Shown piece by piece: positions 43,379-52,794 of a stretch of DNA of 64,000 nt. The DNA is from Myxococcota bacterium. Its GTDB lineage: Bacteria > Myxococcota > JACRCW01. The DNA lies in assembly GCA_040752415.1 (NCBI GenBank), contig JBFMGU010000004.1:1-64000 (forward strand). Reading direction: 5' to 3'. A program made the translations under genes and the position numbers. The notes beneath the pieces were generated by a model. That model saw only the letters and a list, made by a program, of their open reading frames with translations, made no database searches and was not told where the DNA came from. The stretch's first letter is position 1. Every line of letters begins with the position of its first letter.

Positions 43379-43715
43379 GGCACAAGCGTGGGGGGTGTTC
43401 GCCTGCCACGGGGGAGCGGAAGCGCCGGCCGTCGGAATGTCACCCGCTTTGACTTTGGGACGGCCGGGTTGCATGCTGGCGCCGTCGTGTCGACGTGGAG
43501 ACCGGGAACGGTGCTCAAGCGTTCGACAAGACGCAAGAGCGAGGCGCTCATCATGCAATCCACCATCCTCCGGCCGCTTTTCCGCGCCCGCATTTCTCGC
43601 GGGTTTGGCGGTCTCATGGGGATGATGGGCCTGCTGGCGTAGGTACCCAGCGGGTGTGACGGGCGAATCGTGTCAACGACAGCTTCGTAAGAACTTCGAG
43701 TAGGACCGCCCACCC

Positions 43716-44096
43716 ATGTCTTGTGTGACGCTCAGGCAGCTCGGGCAACACCTCGCTCACTTGCGCAAACGGGCCGGGCTCTCGCAGGCGCAGGTCGCGG
43801 CGCACGTGGGCGTCACCATGGAGACCATCAGTCGCGTGGAGCGCGGGGTTCAGTGGACGGATCTCGCGGTCCTGACGGGAATGGCTGACGCATTCGGTGT
43901 CTCCTGGCGGGAGCTGGTGGCGGTGGCCGAGGGGAGCGACCAATGTCCCCACGACGCCGTCATCCGGGAGATCGTCTCGTTGCTCAGCGGGCGTCCCCTT
44001 TCCGACGTGGAATTCGTGCGGGACATGGTGGCGGTCATCCTCCAGCACGAACGGAAGCCGGGGGCCATGGCTCGCGGCCGGCAGCCGAACGAGTGA
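43716..44096 (+). CDS. XRE-family helix-turn-helix transcriptional regulator
   Basis: LRKRAGLSQAQVAAHVGVTMETISRVERG. Confidence 0.88.
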   Translation: MSCVTLRQLGQHLAHLRKRAGLSQAQVAAHVGVTMETISRVERGVQWTDLAVLTGMADAFGVSWRELVAVAEGSDQCPHDAVIREIVSLLSGRPLSDVEFVRDMVAVILQHERKPGAMARGRQPNE

Positions 44097-44454
44097 GCGC
44101 GCGGGCTGCGCGGCGTGCTCATGGGCGCCACCACCCGCACCTCATCGGAGCAACCGGGCGCCCAGGCGAACCGCGTCGCGCCCTCTGCCCTGTGCGTGAG
44201 CGGCTGGTGCGGCGGGGTTCAGCATTGCCGCGCATGTGACGATGAAGGCCTTGAGCGCACGCGGCTGGGTGCCACGAGGTCCGAATGGGAGCATGGTCAT
44301 CCATCCAGCGGTACGTCCCCTGCCGCCTCCGAGCACACAGACGGCTCCGATGCCCCGGCGCGCGGTCCTCCAGCGTGGACATCAACGGAGGTGAGCGCTC
44401 GTCGTTGAAGCGCGAGAGACTCCGGTGCGCGGGCCCCTCCGCGGAAGCCGCGCC

Positions 44455-44470
44455 TGGCATTGAATCTGCT
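44455..44470 (+). promoter_or_regulatory. Putative sigma54 (-24/-12) promoter
   Basis: TGGCATTGAATCTGCT with exact GG-N10-GC spacing, upstream of a PAS kinase. Confidence 0.5.
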
Positions 44471-44568
44471 CAACTCGAGCGCAACCCATGAGCGCGAAGC
44501 GATCAGGACGTGTGGCTCGGTGGGACGGAGTGCCCGTGGACTCGCGGACGGTTGGTAACGGTGTCGAG

Positions 44569-46197
44569 ATGGGTGAGCAGGACGCTCAACGTAGGCCCTC
44601 CCTCCCCGCCACGCCCGGGGTTTTCCTTGGCGCAGACACGCCACTGGAGCTGGCGGCGTTGTCGGCGGTGGCGGATCCGGTGGTCATCACGGACTCGAAC
44701 GGCAAGATTGTCTTCGCAAATCCTGCGTTCACGGCGCAAAACGGTTTCACGCTGGAGGAAGCCAAGGGGAACACCCCGCGCATTCTTCGCGGCGCCACGC
44801 CGCCCGAGGTGGTTGCAGACCTCTGGCGCACCATTTCCGCTGGGCGTACCTGGCAGGGCGTTGTCCAGAACCGGCGAAAGGATGGCTCCGAGTACACCAG
44901 CGAGCTGACGATTGCGCCCGTCATTCCCGAGGGACAGACAACGCCGTCCCACTTTGTCGCCACCCATCGCGACATCACCGCTCGCCTCCGTGCGGAGAAC
45001 GAGGTCCGCAACGGGGAACGTCGTCTCCGCGTGCTGATCAACGCGCTTCCGGAGGCCGTCCTCGTCATCCAGGGAGGCGTCGTGGTGGACGCAAACACCG
45101 CTGCCGCCGCCATGGCAGGGGTGGCGGAGTTGAAGGACCTGCTGGGCGGCCCCGTCGGCGCGGTGATTCCCGAGGAGGACGTGAAGCGTCTCAGGGAGAC
45201 CGGGACAAGCACACCGAGCCAGGACTACCGCTTCCTGCGGCGCGACGGCACCGAGGTGGTGGTGGAAGGCGCGGCGGTTCCCGTCGTGGTCGACGCCGAA
45301 CCGGCCCTGCTGGTGGTGGGGCGCGACGTCACGGAAGCAAGGCAGCTTCGCGCCAAGATGGTGCAACTGGATCGACTGGTCTCGGTAGGGACGCTGGCCG
45401 CGGGGGTTGCGCACGAGGTCAACAACCCACTCGCCTACCTCCTGAGCAATCTTGATTTCGCGTTGGAGCGGGTCGCGCACGAGCTCTCGCTCCACTCCGC
45501 GGCGACGGAACGGACCACGGAAGGAGGAGCGCAGGTGGCGTTCCTGGAGGAACTTCTGGCTTCCCTGCGGGATGCGCGTGATGGAGCGGAGCGCGTGCGC
45601 AAGATCTCGCGTGACCTGAAGACCTTTGCCCGTGGCGACGGGGAAGGGCGCCGCCCCGTCTGCGTGGAACGCGTCCTGGACGTGGCCATCAACATGACGC
45701 GGAACCAGTTGGTTCATCGCGCCCGCCTGACCCGGTCCCAGGGTGAGCCCGCCCCCGTCATGGCCAATGAGGGACAGCTCGCGCAGGTGTTCGTGAATCT
45801 CCTTGTCAATGGAGCGCAGGCCATTCGTAGCGGTCGTCCCGGCGAGAACGAGATTCACGTCAGCACAAGCATGGTTGGCGGGAATGTCGTGGTGATGATT
45901 CGAGACACCGGGGCTGGCATTGCGCCCGAGGCGCTGCAGCGGATCTTCGAACCGTTCTTCACCACCAAGCCCGTGGGAGAGGGGACGGGGTTGGGGTTGA
46001 GCATCTGCTTCGGGATTGTCCGGGATCTCGGCGGCGACATCACCGTGAAGTCCGACGTTGGCGCAGGCACGGAGGTCACTGTCACCCTGCCGGCGCTGAG
46101 GCGTGGACATGACGCCGAGGGCGCGCAGCAACGGAAGGAGCCGCTCCGTTCCCAAGGCAACGAGAGTGCTGCAAGCCCGGCGCCGGCCCGACGATGA
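44569..46197 (+). CDS. Tandem-PAS histidine kinase
   Basis: NifL-like PAS (ITDSNGKIVFANPAF...GNTPRIL...LWRTI...NRRKDG), second [19 protein letters not shown]; the start could be 44488. Confidence 0.88.
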   Translation: MGEQDAQRRPSLPATPGVFLGADTPLELAALSAVADPVVITDSNGKIVFANPAFTAQNGFTLEEAKGNTPRILRGATPPEVVADLWRTISAGRTWQGVVQNRRKDGSEYTSELTIAPVIPEGQTTPSHFVATHRDITARLRAENEVRNGERRLRVLINALPEAVLVIQGGVVVDANTAAAAMAGVAELKDLLGGPVGAVIPEEDVKRLRETGTSTPSQDYRFLRRDGTEVVVEGAAVPVVVDAEPALLVVGRDVTEARQLRAKMVQLDRLVSVGTLAAGVAHEVNNPLAYLLSNLDFALERVAHELSLHSAATERTTEGGAQVAFLEELLASLRDARDGAERVRKISRDLKTFARGDGEGRRPVCVERVLDVAINMTRNQLVHRARLTRSQGEPAPVMANEGQLAQVFVNLLVNGAQAIRSGRPGENEIHVSTSMVGGNVVVMIRDTGAGIAPEALQRIFEPFFTTKPVGEGTGLGLSICFGIVRDLGGDITVKSDVGAGTEVTVTLPALRRGHDAEGAQQRKEPLRSQGNESAASPAPARR

Positions 46198-46307
46198 GCG
46201 ACGAGGTTGGTCCTCGTTCAAGGCGCCCGACGGCAGGATGGTGCAGGTAACCGCGAGTGACCTGGTGGTGCTGGTGTTGGATGGGACGCCGAGCCCGACG
46301 GAGCCGC

Positions 46308-47261
46308 TCACACGGGATCGGGTGGCGGCTTCTTGGGTTGCCACGGCAGCGATGCGAGCGGCAGCAGGATTCCAAACACCGCACCGGGGCCACAGTGCAG
46401 GTAGATCGACGGGGAGAGTGGCCGCAGGTACAGGAAACGCACCGAATAGGTCTTGCGAAGGCGCTCTTCCAGTCGTCGGGCGGCGCCGGCGTTGTTGCCA
46501 TGGGCAATGGCGGCCCACACATCCGTGCCCGGCGGAATCATGCTGCTCAGGTATTCCACCACCTTGTCCGGGGCGTCGGCGCGCGTGCTCACCTTGCCAA
46601 CGGCCTTGAGCTCGCCGTCGCGCAGCTCCAGCACGGGGCGGATGTTCAGCGCGTCCGCAATCCACGCCTTGACGAAGCTGGCCTTGCCCCCCTTCACCAG
46701 GTTGTCCAGCGTGGCAAGGGTGAGGATGGAGCGCATGGTGGGCGCGGCTGCATCCAGGAGCTTGCCAATCTCCTCCAGGCCCAGCCCCGACGCGCGCGCT
46801 TCCGCCGCCAGCAGTGTGAGGAGGCCCGCGCCCACGTCGGTGGAGAGGGAGTCCACCACGCGGATTCGACGCGCCAGCTCCGCCTGGCCGTGCTTCTCGA
46901 ACGTCTCCAGCGACGTCATGGCGGAGTTGTAGGAGTGGATGAGCTTGCGGGAGGTCTGGATGGCCAGGATCGCTTTGCCGTCCGCGCCCAGGTCCGTAAA
47001 CCAGTTGGCAAACTGTGACGCCGAGGTGCCAATCACAAAAGGATGCTTCTTGGCTTTCTGCACCCACGCATCAATGGTTTCGAACGGAAACCCCTTGCGC
47101 GTGTCGTGGTACTCCCCGTCGACCGCAATCTGCTGCGGCGTGATGTGGAGCTTGTAATGCTCAATCAGGTTCTCGGCCAGGTTGGAGCCTGGATTGGTCA
47201 AGATGTGCACGCGGCCTCCCGGTCGGTACGGAGCAGAACCGACGTGCTCCGTGCGTGTCAA
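46308..47261 (-). CDS. DegV/FakB-family fatty-acid-binding protein
   Basis: TSAS, TSRKLIHSYNSA, VVDSLS, TLDNLVKGGK, LNIRPVL, HCGPG. Confidence 0.82.
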   Translation of the reverse strand: MTRTEHVGSAPYRPGGRVHILTNPGSNLAENLIEHYKLHITPQQIAVDGEYHDTRKGFPFETIDAWVQKAKKHPFVIGTSASQFANWFTDLGADGKAILAIQTSRKLIHSYNSAMTSLETFEKHGQAELARRIRVVDSLSTDVGAGLLTLLAAEARASGLGLEEIGKLLDAAAPTMRSILTLATLDNLVKGGKASFVKAWIADALNIRPVLELRDGELKAVGKVSTRADAPDKVVEYLSSMIPPGTDVWAAIAHGNNAGAARRLEERLRKTYSVRFLYLRPLSPSIYLHCGPGAVFGILLPLASLPWQPKKPPPDPV

Positions 47262-47485
47262 CGTGGGCGCTCGGGGACGATGTGGGCCCGACAGACACGT
47301 TCCGCTCCCGTGGCGGCGCCTGGAGCCGCAGCGTTACCAGATGGTTCTTCCCGGAGTCCTCCTGGACCCTCTTTGGAGCTGGTTCCGACGCCAACAACGT
47401 ATTCCATGGGCATGGCCAGCGACTTCACGTTGGGCGCGGCGTGAGCGCGGGTGTAGGCTGCGTGGCGAATCGAAGGAGGCCCGCC

Positions 47486-48079
47486 GTGACGCTCAAATCC
47501 GTGGAGCAGTTCCTCCGCGACCTCCCGCGAGGGATGGACTCCTACCCGCAGTGTGAGCAGAAGGGTGCGGTGCTCAGGACCTTCATGGCGGAGAAGCCGC
47601 TCGACGCGTACGTGGACCAGGTGCCCGCGGAGGTGGCGCGCCTGGTCCGTGAGCCTCCTCCCGTCTCCAGCTGGGTCCCGGAGGTCCACGCCACCGCGCT
47701 CTACCTGGCCATGATGGACCTGTGCTTTTCGGGTGAGCAGGAGTTCGTGGACTTCGCGCACGCGACCAACCGCAAGCTCCTGGACGGGCCCATCTACTGG
47801 GCCGTGTTCCGGTTGGTGGGTGCGGAGCGGGTGGTGACGGGCGCGGCGTCGCGCTGGGGCCAGATGCACAAAGGCACCACACTCACGGCAAGGATGGATG
47901 GCTCCAGGTCAAGCACGCTGGTGCTGGAGTTTCCCGTCGGGCTGGTGCCGCCGGTGCTCGCGCGCTGCTACATGACCGGCATGGCCGCCGCCGTGGAGGT
48001 TGCGGGCGGGAAGGACGTGAAGATGTCGCTCGGCTCGCAGGCCCCCACTTCCATCACGATGGTTGGGTCCTGGACGTGA
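47486..48079 (+). CDS. Myxobacterial DUF2378-like / heme-NO-binding-fold-like hypothetical protein
   Basis: AAGGAGG RBS; KG, SSWVP and RWGQMHKGT pattern typical of TIGR02265-like proteins. Confidence 0.55.
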   Translation: MTLKSVEQFLRDLPRGMDSYPQCEQKGAVLRTFMAEKPLDAYVDQVPAEVARLVREPPPVSSWVPEVHATALYLAMMDLCFSGEQEFVDFAHATNRKLLDGPIYWAVFRLVGAERVVTGAASRWGQMHKGTTLTARMDGSRSSTLVLEFPVGLVPPVLARCYMTGMAAAVEVAGGKDVKMSLGSQAPTSITMVGSWT

Positions 48080-48185
48080 CGACAGAACCGGTCCGCTTGC
48101 GCCGAACGTCGGCGCGGGGCCCGTGCTTGCTTGGCTCATCCACGACGAGCAGTCCGCGTGCATGGCCATGAGAGGTCCACGCATC

Positions 48186-49643
48186 ATGCGACGAATCACG
48201 ATGGTGTTCCTCCTCAGCACCAGCAACGCGTTGGCCGCCGACCCCGGGCCCGAGCTCACCTGCGGCGCTGCGGTTCCCTATTTCGACGACTGCTTTGACT
48301 GCGGCGGTAGTGACGAGGTGGAAGACAATGAGTGCTCCACCTACGTGAATGCCGCGTCTCAGGGATGTGACCAGCCGACGGACAACCCCAGCCCGGACCG
48401 CATCCTGAACTTCACCGCCGCGCAGGATGAGTGGGTCGAATTCGACGCGGGCTACGGAGTCGACCTGCACATGAACCTGTACGTGTCGCAGGGGACGAAT
48501 GCCTGCACCTCGAACTTCTACTGCCTCGACTGGGCGGGCCCGCAACACGAGTACGCCGACGGGTGGGGAGGCGAAATGTACAGCGGATTCGTCGCCACCG
48601 GCGGGGTGAGCTACCGCCTTGCATTCGACTTGAACGAGTCCACGAGCCCGGATGGCGACCGGGTGCTCGAGGTGTCCCGCTTTGAGTGCTGTCCCGACCT
48701 GGACGGCGACGGAGCATTCAACACCAACGACGGGACCGACTGCCCGATGTTGCTGAGCTTCGCCCCCGATCTCGTCGATTGCGACGACAACGACGCGAGC
48801 AACTTCCCCACCAACGTCGAGGTGTGTGACCACCAGGACAATGACTGCGACCTTGGGGTCGACGAGGGCCTGGTTCTCACCAACTGGTACCTGGACAGTG
48901 ACGGTGACGGCCATGGCGTGGGCGCCCCCTTCAACGACTGTGCTCCTCCCGCCGCCAACTGGGTGACCCAGGACGGCGATTGCGACGACACCGGCTCCGC
49001 CGTCCATCCGGGGGCGGTCGAGGTGTGCAACGGCGTGGACGACGACTGCACCACGCTTGCCGACGACGGCATCTCGTGCCCGGGGCAGACCTCCACAACC
49101 AGCAGCACCGCGGCGTCCTCCGCCACGGCATCCAGTATCAGCGGTGGAACGTCGTCGTCGGACGTGACCGGCTCGTCGTCCGGGTCGTCAAGCACGGCCA
49201 CCTCCACCTCGTCATCGAGCGGCGGCACTTCCACCTCCTCAAGCGCATCCTCCGCCGCCAGCGTGGTCACGTCGTCGAGCAGCGCTGCTGCGTCATCCAC
49301 CAGCTCTTCCTCGGCAAGCACGGCAGCGTCGTCGTCGAGCGGCGTGGCCGCATCGTCTGGAGGTTCTTCCTCGTCAAGCGCCGCCGCCGCGTCGTCAAGC
49401 AGCGCCTCTGCGGCGACTTCGAGCTCGGGAGGCAGCTCCTCCGCTTCCGTGATGACGTCCAGCGGCCAGGCTGGAGCGCAATCGTCGAGCGGGGTGGGGC
49501 CGCAGAGCTCGGGCGCGCCGGACAGCGACGACGACACCACCTCCGCGGGGTGCGCGTGCAACGCAACCAGCGGCGAAGAATGGGTTCTGTCCATCGCGTT
49601 TCTCGTCGTGGCGACACTGCGACGTCGCGCGCGAGCGTCGTGA
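48186..49643 (+). CDS. Secreted protein with MopE-related metal-binding repeats, Ser-rich stalk and MYXO-CTERM-like tail
   Basis: DCDDND...EVCDHQDNDCD, WYLDSDGDGHG, DCDD...HPGAVEVCNGVDDDC; Ser/Ala tract at about 49089-49512; tail GCAC...FLVVATLRRRAR. Confidence 0.8.
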   Translation: MRRITMVFLLSTSNALAADPGPELTCGAAVPYFDDCFDCGGSDEVEDNECSTYVNAASQGCDQPTDNPSPDRILNFTAAQDEWVEFDAGYGVDLHMNLYVSQGTNACTSNFYCLDWAGPQHEYADGWGGEMYSGFVATGGVSYRLAFDLNESTSPDGDRVLEVSRFECCPDLDGDGAFNTNDGTDCPMLLSFAPDLVDCDDNDASNFPTNVEVCDHQDNDCDLGVDEGLVLTNWYLDSDGDGHGVGAPFNDCAPPAANWVTQDGDCDDTGSAVHPGAVEVCNGVDDDCTTLADDGISCPGQTSTTSSTAASSATASSISGGTSSSDVTGSSSGSSSTATSTSSSSGGTSTSSSASSAASVVTSSSSAAASSTSSSSASTAASSSSGVAASSGGSSSSSAAAASSSSASAATSSSGGSSSASVMTSSGQAGAQSSSGVGPQSSGAPDSDDDTTSAGCACNATSGEEWVLSIAFLVVATLRRRARAS

Positions 49644-50044
49644 GTCGTGCATCCGGGTCGTCGGAGGACGCAATCAGGGTGTCGCCCACCGCGCCGCTTC
49701 CCAGGTGTACCGCCGCCGTCGCGTCGCCCCTGACCCGCGGCGCCAGGTTGGTTCGCGGGGTAGCTGGGCCAAGGAGTCTGCCCAGGGGTCGAGACAATAC
49801 GGTCGTTGGTATCCGCGTTGGTCTGGGAGCGCGCACCGTGGTGAGGGGCTCGGCTGGAGCAACCCAGCCCCACGTCGTCGACACCCATGGGTCAGCCCCC
49901 AGGCCGCGGCGACGGCCCGCCCCAACGCCCAAGGCGCCCATCGGAGACCTGGGGTTGAACGGCGGACGTCCGCCCGGGCAGGAGCGGGACCGACCCCGAC
50001 ACACCTGCGCAGCGCGGAACCGACACGGGCCACGCTGATGTTCC

Positions 50045-51616
50045 TTGGTTGAATGGGGCGCTCGCGCTAGATGTCCGTGGACCTCGTCACCAGGTCCGAC
50101 TGGGTTTGGCGGGTTGTCGTCGGTGAATGGGCAGGCACGGGTGCGTTCCACCCAGCCACCCGCGAACCCCCTCGGGGAGGCCGCTGAGTTGGACACGCGT
50201 CTTGATCCGCCCTCCGTGCTGGTCGTCGAGGATGAGCCTGTCCAGCGCGCGCTCATCACGGACCTGCTGGTCCTTGAGGGCTTCACGGTGCAGTCCGCGG
50301 TGGACGCGGCGGCGGCGTGGCGCGTGCTGGAGCACACGTCCGGCCTTGGCGTGGACGCGGTCATCCTGGATGTGAACCTGCCGGTGGAGGGTGGACTCCA
50401 ACTCCTGCCGCGCATCCGCGCGCTGCAGCCGCATCTCTCCGTCATCGTCGTCACCGCCAGCGCCACCGTGGACCAGGCAGTGTTCGCGCTCAAGAACGGC
50501 GCGGTGGACTACCTCGTCAAGCCCCTGCTCCCAGAGGCGCTCAGCTCCGTGGTCCGCAACGCGGTGGAGCGCACGCGCATGGGACGTGAGCTGGCGGCGC
50601 GTCGGGCCATTGACGTGCGGGCGCACCTGTCCATGGCCAATGCCGTCTTTGCCAGCCCGGCCATGGAATCCGTCCTGCGGATGGTGGAGCACGTCAAGGA
50701 CAGCAGTGTGCCCGTGCTCATCACCGGGGAGAGCGGAACGGGCAAGGAGATTGTTGCCCGGTTGGTGCACCAGCTCTCACACCGTCGGGACAAGCCCTTT
50801 GTGGCCATCAACTGCGCCACCCTCCCGCAGGAGCTTGCGGAGAGTGAGCTGTTTGGACATGAGCGGGGGGCGTTCACCTCCGCGCACACCCGACGTCAGG
50901 GCAGGTTCGAGGAAGCGGGAAGCGGGACGGTGTTCCTCGACGAGGCGGGTGAGCTCAATCCGCTGCTGCAGGCCAAGCTGCTGCGCGTGCTCCAGGAACG
51001 CGAGTTCACCCGCGTGGGCGGCACCACCATCCGCTCCGAGGCCCGCGTGCTGGTGGCCACGCACCGTGACCTGCGCGCGGAGGTGAAGGCTGGGCGGTTC
51101 CGTGAGGACCTCTACTACCGTCTCGACGTCGTGACGCTCCATCTCCCGCCGCTGCGCGAGCGACGCGCGGAGATTCCCGTGCTGGCCGTTCACCTGTTGC
51201 GTCGGTTTGCCCAGGAGGAGAACCGGCCGGAACAGGCGCTGTCCGCCGACGCCGTGAAGCTCCTCCAGGCCCACACCTGGCCCGGCAACGTGCGGGAGCT
51301 GGAGAACGTGCTGAAGCGCAGCGCGTTGATGTGCCGTGAGACCGTGCTCACCGCGGAGGACCTGCTGCTGCCCGTGGAGATGCGCGCGCAGGTCGATGCC
51401 GTCGACGACGTCACCGGCGAGTGGGAGCTGGACGGCGCGGCCCGCACGGGCAACGTGGCAACGGCTCCCGTGCGGCGGCTGCGGGACGAGGAGGCGCAGT
51501 TGATGATGCGTGCCCTGGCCGAGACCGGAGGCAATGTCTCCGAGGCGGCGCGGCTGTTGGGCATCGGTCGCGCCACGTTCTACCGACGAGCCAAGCGCTA
51601 CCAGCTGCCCATCTGA
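50045..51616 (+). CDS. Sigma54-dependent response regulator (NtrC family)
   Basis: Receiver (VVEDE, LDVNLP, VKP), [44 protein letters not shown], Fis-type HTH; the true start is probably downstream (GTG 50123 or 50141). Confidence 0.93.
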   Translation: MVEWGARARCPWTSSPGPTGFGGLSSVNGQARVRSTQPPANPLGEAAELDTRLDPPSVLVVEDEPVQRALITDLLVLEGFTVQSAVDAAAAWRVLEHTSGLGVDAVILDVNLPVEGGLQLLPRIRALQPHLSVIVVTASATVDQAVFALKNGAVDYLVKPLLPEALSSVVRNAVERTRMGRELAARRAIDVRAHLSMANAVFASPAMESVLRMVEHVKDSSVPVLITGESGTGKEIVARLVHQLSHRRDKPFVAINCATLPQELAESELFGHERGAFTSAHTRRQGRFEEAGSGTVFLDEAGELNPLLQAKLLRVLQEREFTRVGGTTIRSEARVLVATHRDLRAEVKAGRFREDLYYRLDVVTLHLPPLRERRAEIPVLAVHLLRRFAQEENRPEQALSADAVKLLQAHTWPGNVRELENVLKRSALMCRETVLTAEDLLLPVEMRAQVDAVDDVTGEWELDGAARTGNVATAPVRRLRDEEAQLMMRALAETGGNVSEAARLLGIGRATFYRRAKRYQLPI

Positions 51617-51644
51617 TCCCTCCCATCCTGGCTCCCGACCTCCT

Positions 51645-51890
51645 TTACAGCGGTTCCCGTTCGGGCTGACCGGCACAAAAGGCGGTGTTCCCCCTCCCTC
51701 TCCCCCTCCCCATCCCCATCCCGGGAAGTCAGCGGGTGCGGAGTCCGTGGGTTGTCGATTTTCTCGTCGGAAAACCGGAGGGCACCCGTCGGCCCGGTGC
51801 CACTGACTTCCCGGGTTGGGGATGGGGATGGGGAGAGGGAGGGGGAACACCGCCTTTTGTGCCGGTCAACCCGAACGGGAACCGCTGTAA
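51645..51890. mobile_element. MITE-like long inverted-repeat element (family C) with TA-flanked ends
   Basis: 91-bp near-perfect arms (51645-51735, 51800-51890) beginning TTACAGCGGTTCCCGTTCGGG. Confidence 0.75.
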
Positions 51891-51985
51891 TCAGCTGCCA
51901 TCCCAGCGGGCACGCGTTACGTCACGCCACTGCTGCGGGTGTCTCCGGAAATCCCGTTGTGCACGCCACCCTGACTGCCGTGGGC

Positions 51986-52025
51986 GTGTCACTGGATGAG
52001 ACACCACTTGTCTCACTTTGAGTCA
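51986..52025. promoter_or_regulatory. Tandem palindromic upstream activator sites
   Basis: GTGTCACTGGATGAGACAC (51986-52004) and TGTCTCACTTTGAGTCA (52009-52025); consensus TGTCTCA-N3-TGAGACA; centres 22 bp apart. Confidence 0.65.
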
Positions 52026-52079
52026 GCGCTTGAATCCATGGGACAACCGCGTTGCCGGTTTCTCGTCGGGAACGCGTTC

Positions 52080-52095
52080 CGGCATGGGCTCTGCA
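52080..52095 (+). promoter_or_regulatory. Putative sigma54 (-24/-12) promoter of the stressosome-like operon
   Basis: CGGCATGGGCTCTGCA, GG 52081-82 / GC 52093-94 (N10), downstream of tandem palindromes and of an NtrC-family gene. Confidence 0.65.
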
Positions 52096-52140
52096 CACGC
52101 GTGTTCGCGGGGGAGCAACCAGTCGCGGTGGACGAGCCAC

Positions 52141-52794
52141 GTGGACGCTTTGCCTCCTCACCCCATGCTGCAGCGGATGCTGACCCTCTGCGGCGGCTAC
52201 ATGTCCTCGATCAATGCTGAAGGCGTGGTCGCTCGCGCGCTGCGGGCCGCGGGCGTTGAGCGGGAGCGGCTGAACGGGTCCAACGTGACCCAGGTGATTG
52301 AGGCCATGCGGCCCGCGCTGCGCCTCTTCCTCAACGCCACCCACTCCTCACAGCTCCTGGCCGCGTTGGAGCAGCTGCCCGCCATGTCCAGCGGGCCCAC
52401 GGAGCAGGTCATCCCGCTGCGCTCCGAGGCGGACCTGGTTCCGTGTCGACAAGCTGCGCGCGCGGCGTGCGCCACCGTGGGCCTGGGGCCCTTTGCGCTG
52501 CAGAAGGTGGCCACGCTGGTGAGTGAGCTGGCGCGCAACGTGGTGAAGTACACGCCGGGGGGCACACTCACCATCCGCGCCAATCCCACGTCCCGCAGCG
52601 TGGTGGTGGTGGCGGAGGACCAGGGCAAGGGCATCCCCAACCTCGACGAGATCTTCTCCGGGAAATACCGCAGCCGCACCGGACTGGGACTGGGATTGGC
52701 CGGGTGTCGTCGGCTCTCGCAGAGGTTTGAGGTGCAGACGGGTCCCAAGGGCACGCGCATTGAGGCCGAGGTGAACTTTGATGGTCGCCAGTGA
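52141..52794 (+). CDS. rsbT: RsbT-like Ser/Thr kinase (GHKL) with extra N-terminal helical domain
   Basis: [37 protein letters not shown]; start GTG 52141 or ATG 52165. Confidence 0.8.
   Translation: MDALPPHPMLQRMLTLCGGYMSSINAEGVVARALRAAGVERERLNGSNVTQVIEAMRPALRLFLNATHSSQLLAALEQLPAMSSGPTEQVIPLRSEADLVPCRQAARAACATVGLGPFALQKVATLVSELARNVVKYTPGGTLTIRANPTSRSVVVVAEDQGKGIPNLDEIFSGKYRSRTGLGLGLAGCRRLSQRFEVQTGPKGTRIEAEVNFDGRQ

Noticed and set aside
46195..46260. Possible decayed receiver domain after the kinase stop (ATRLVLVQG)
   Set aside because: No acidic pocket, phospho-Asp or KP motif follows; too short to support a pseudogene call.
52018..52140. Longer N-terminus of the RsbT-like ORF from TTG 52018
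   Set aside because: It overlaps the palindromic sites and the -24/-12 promoter; a downstream start is more plausible.
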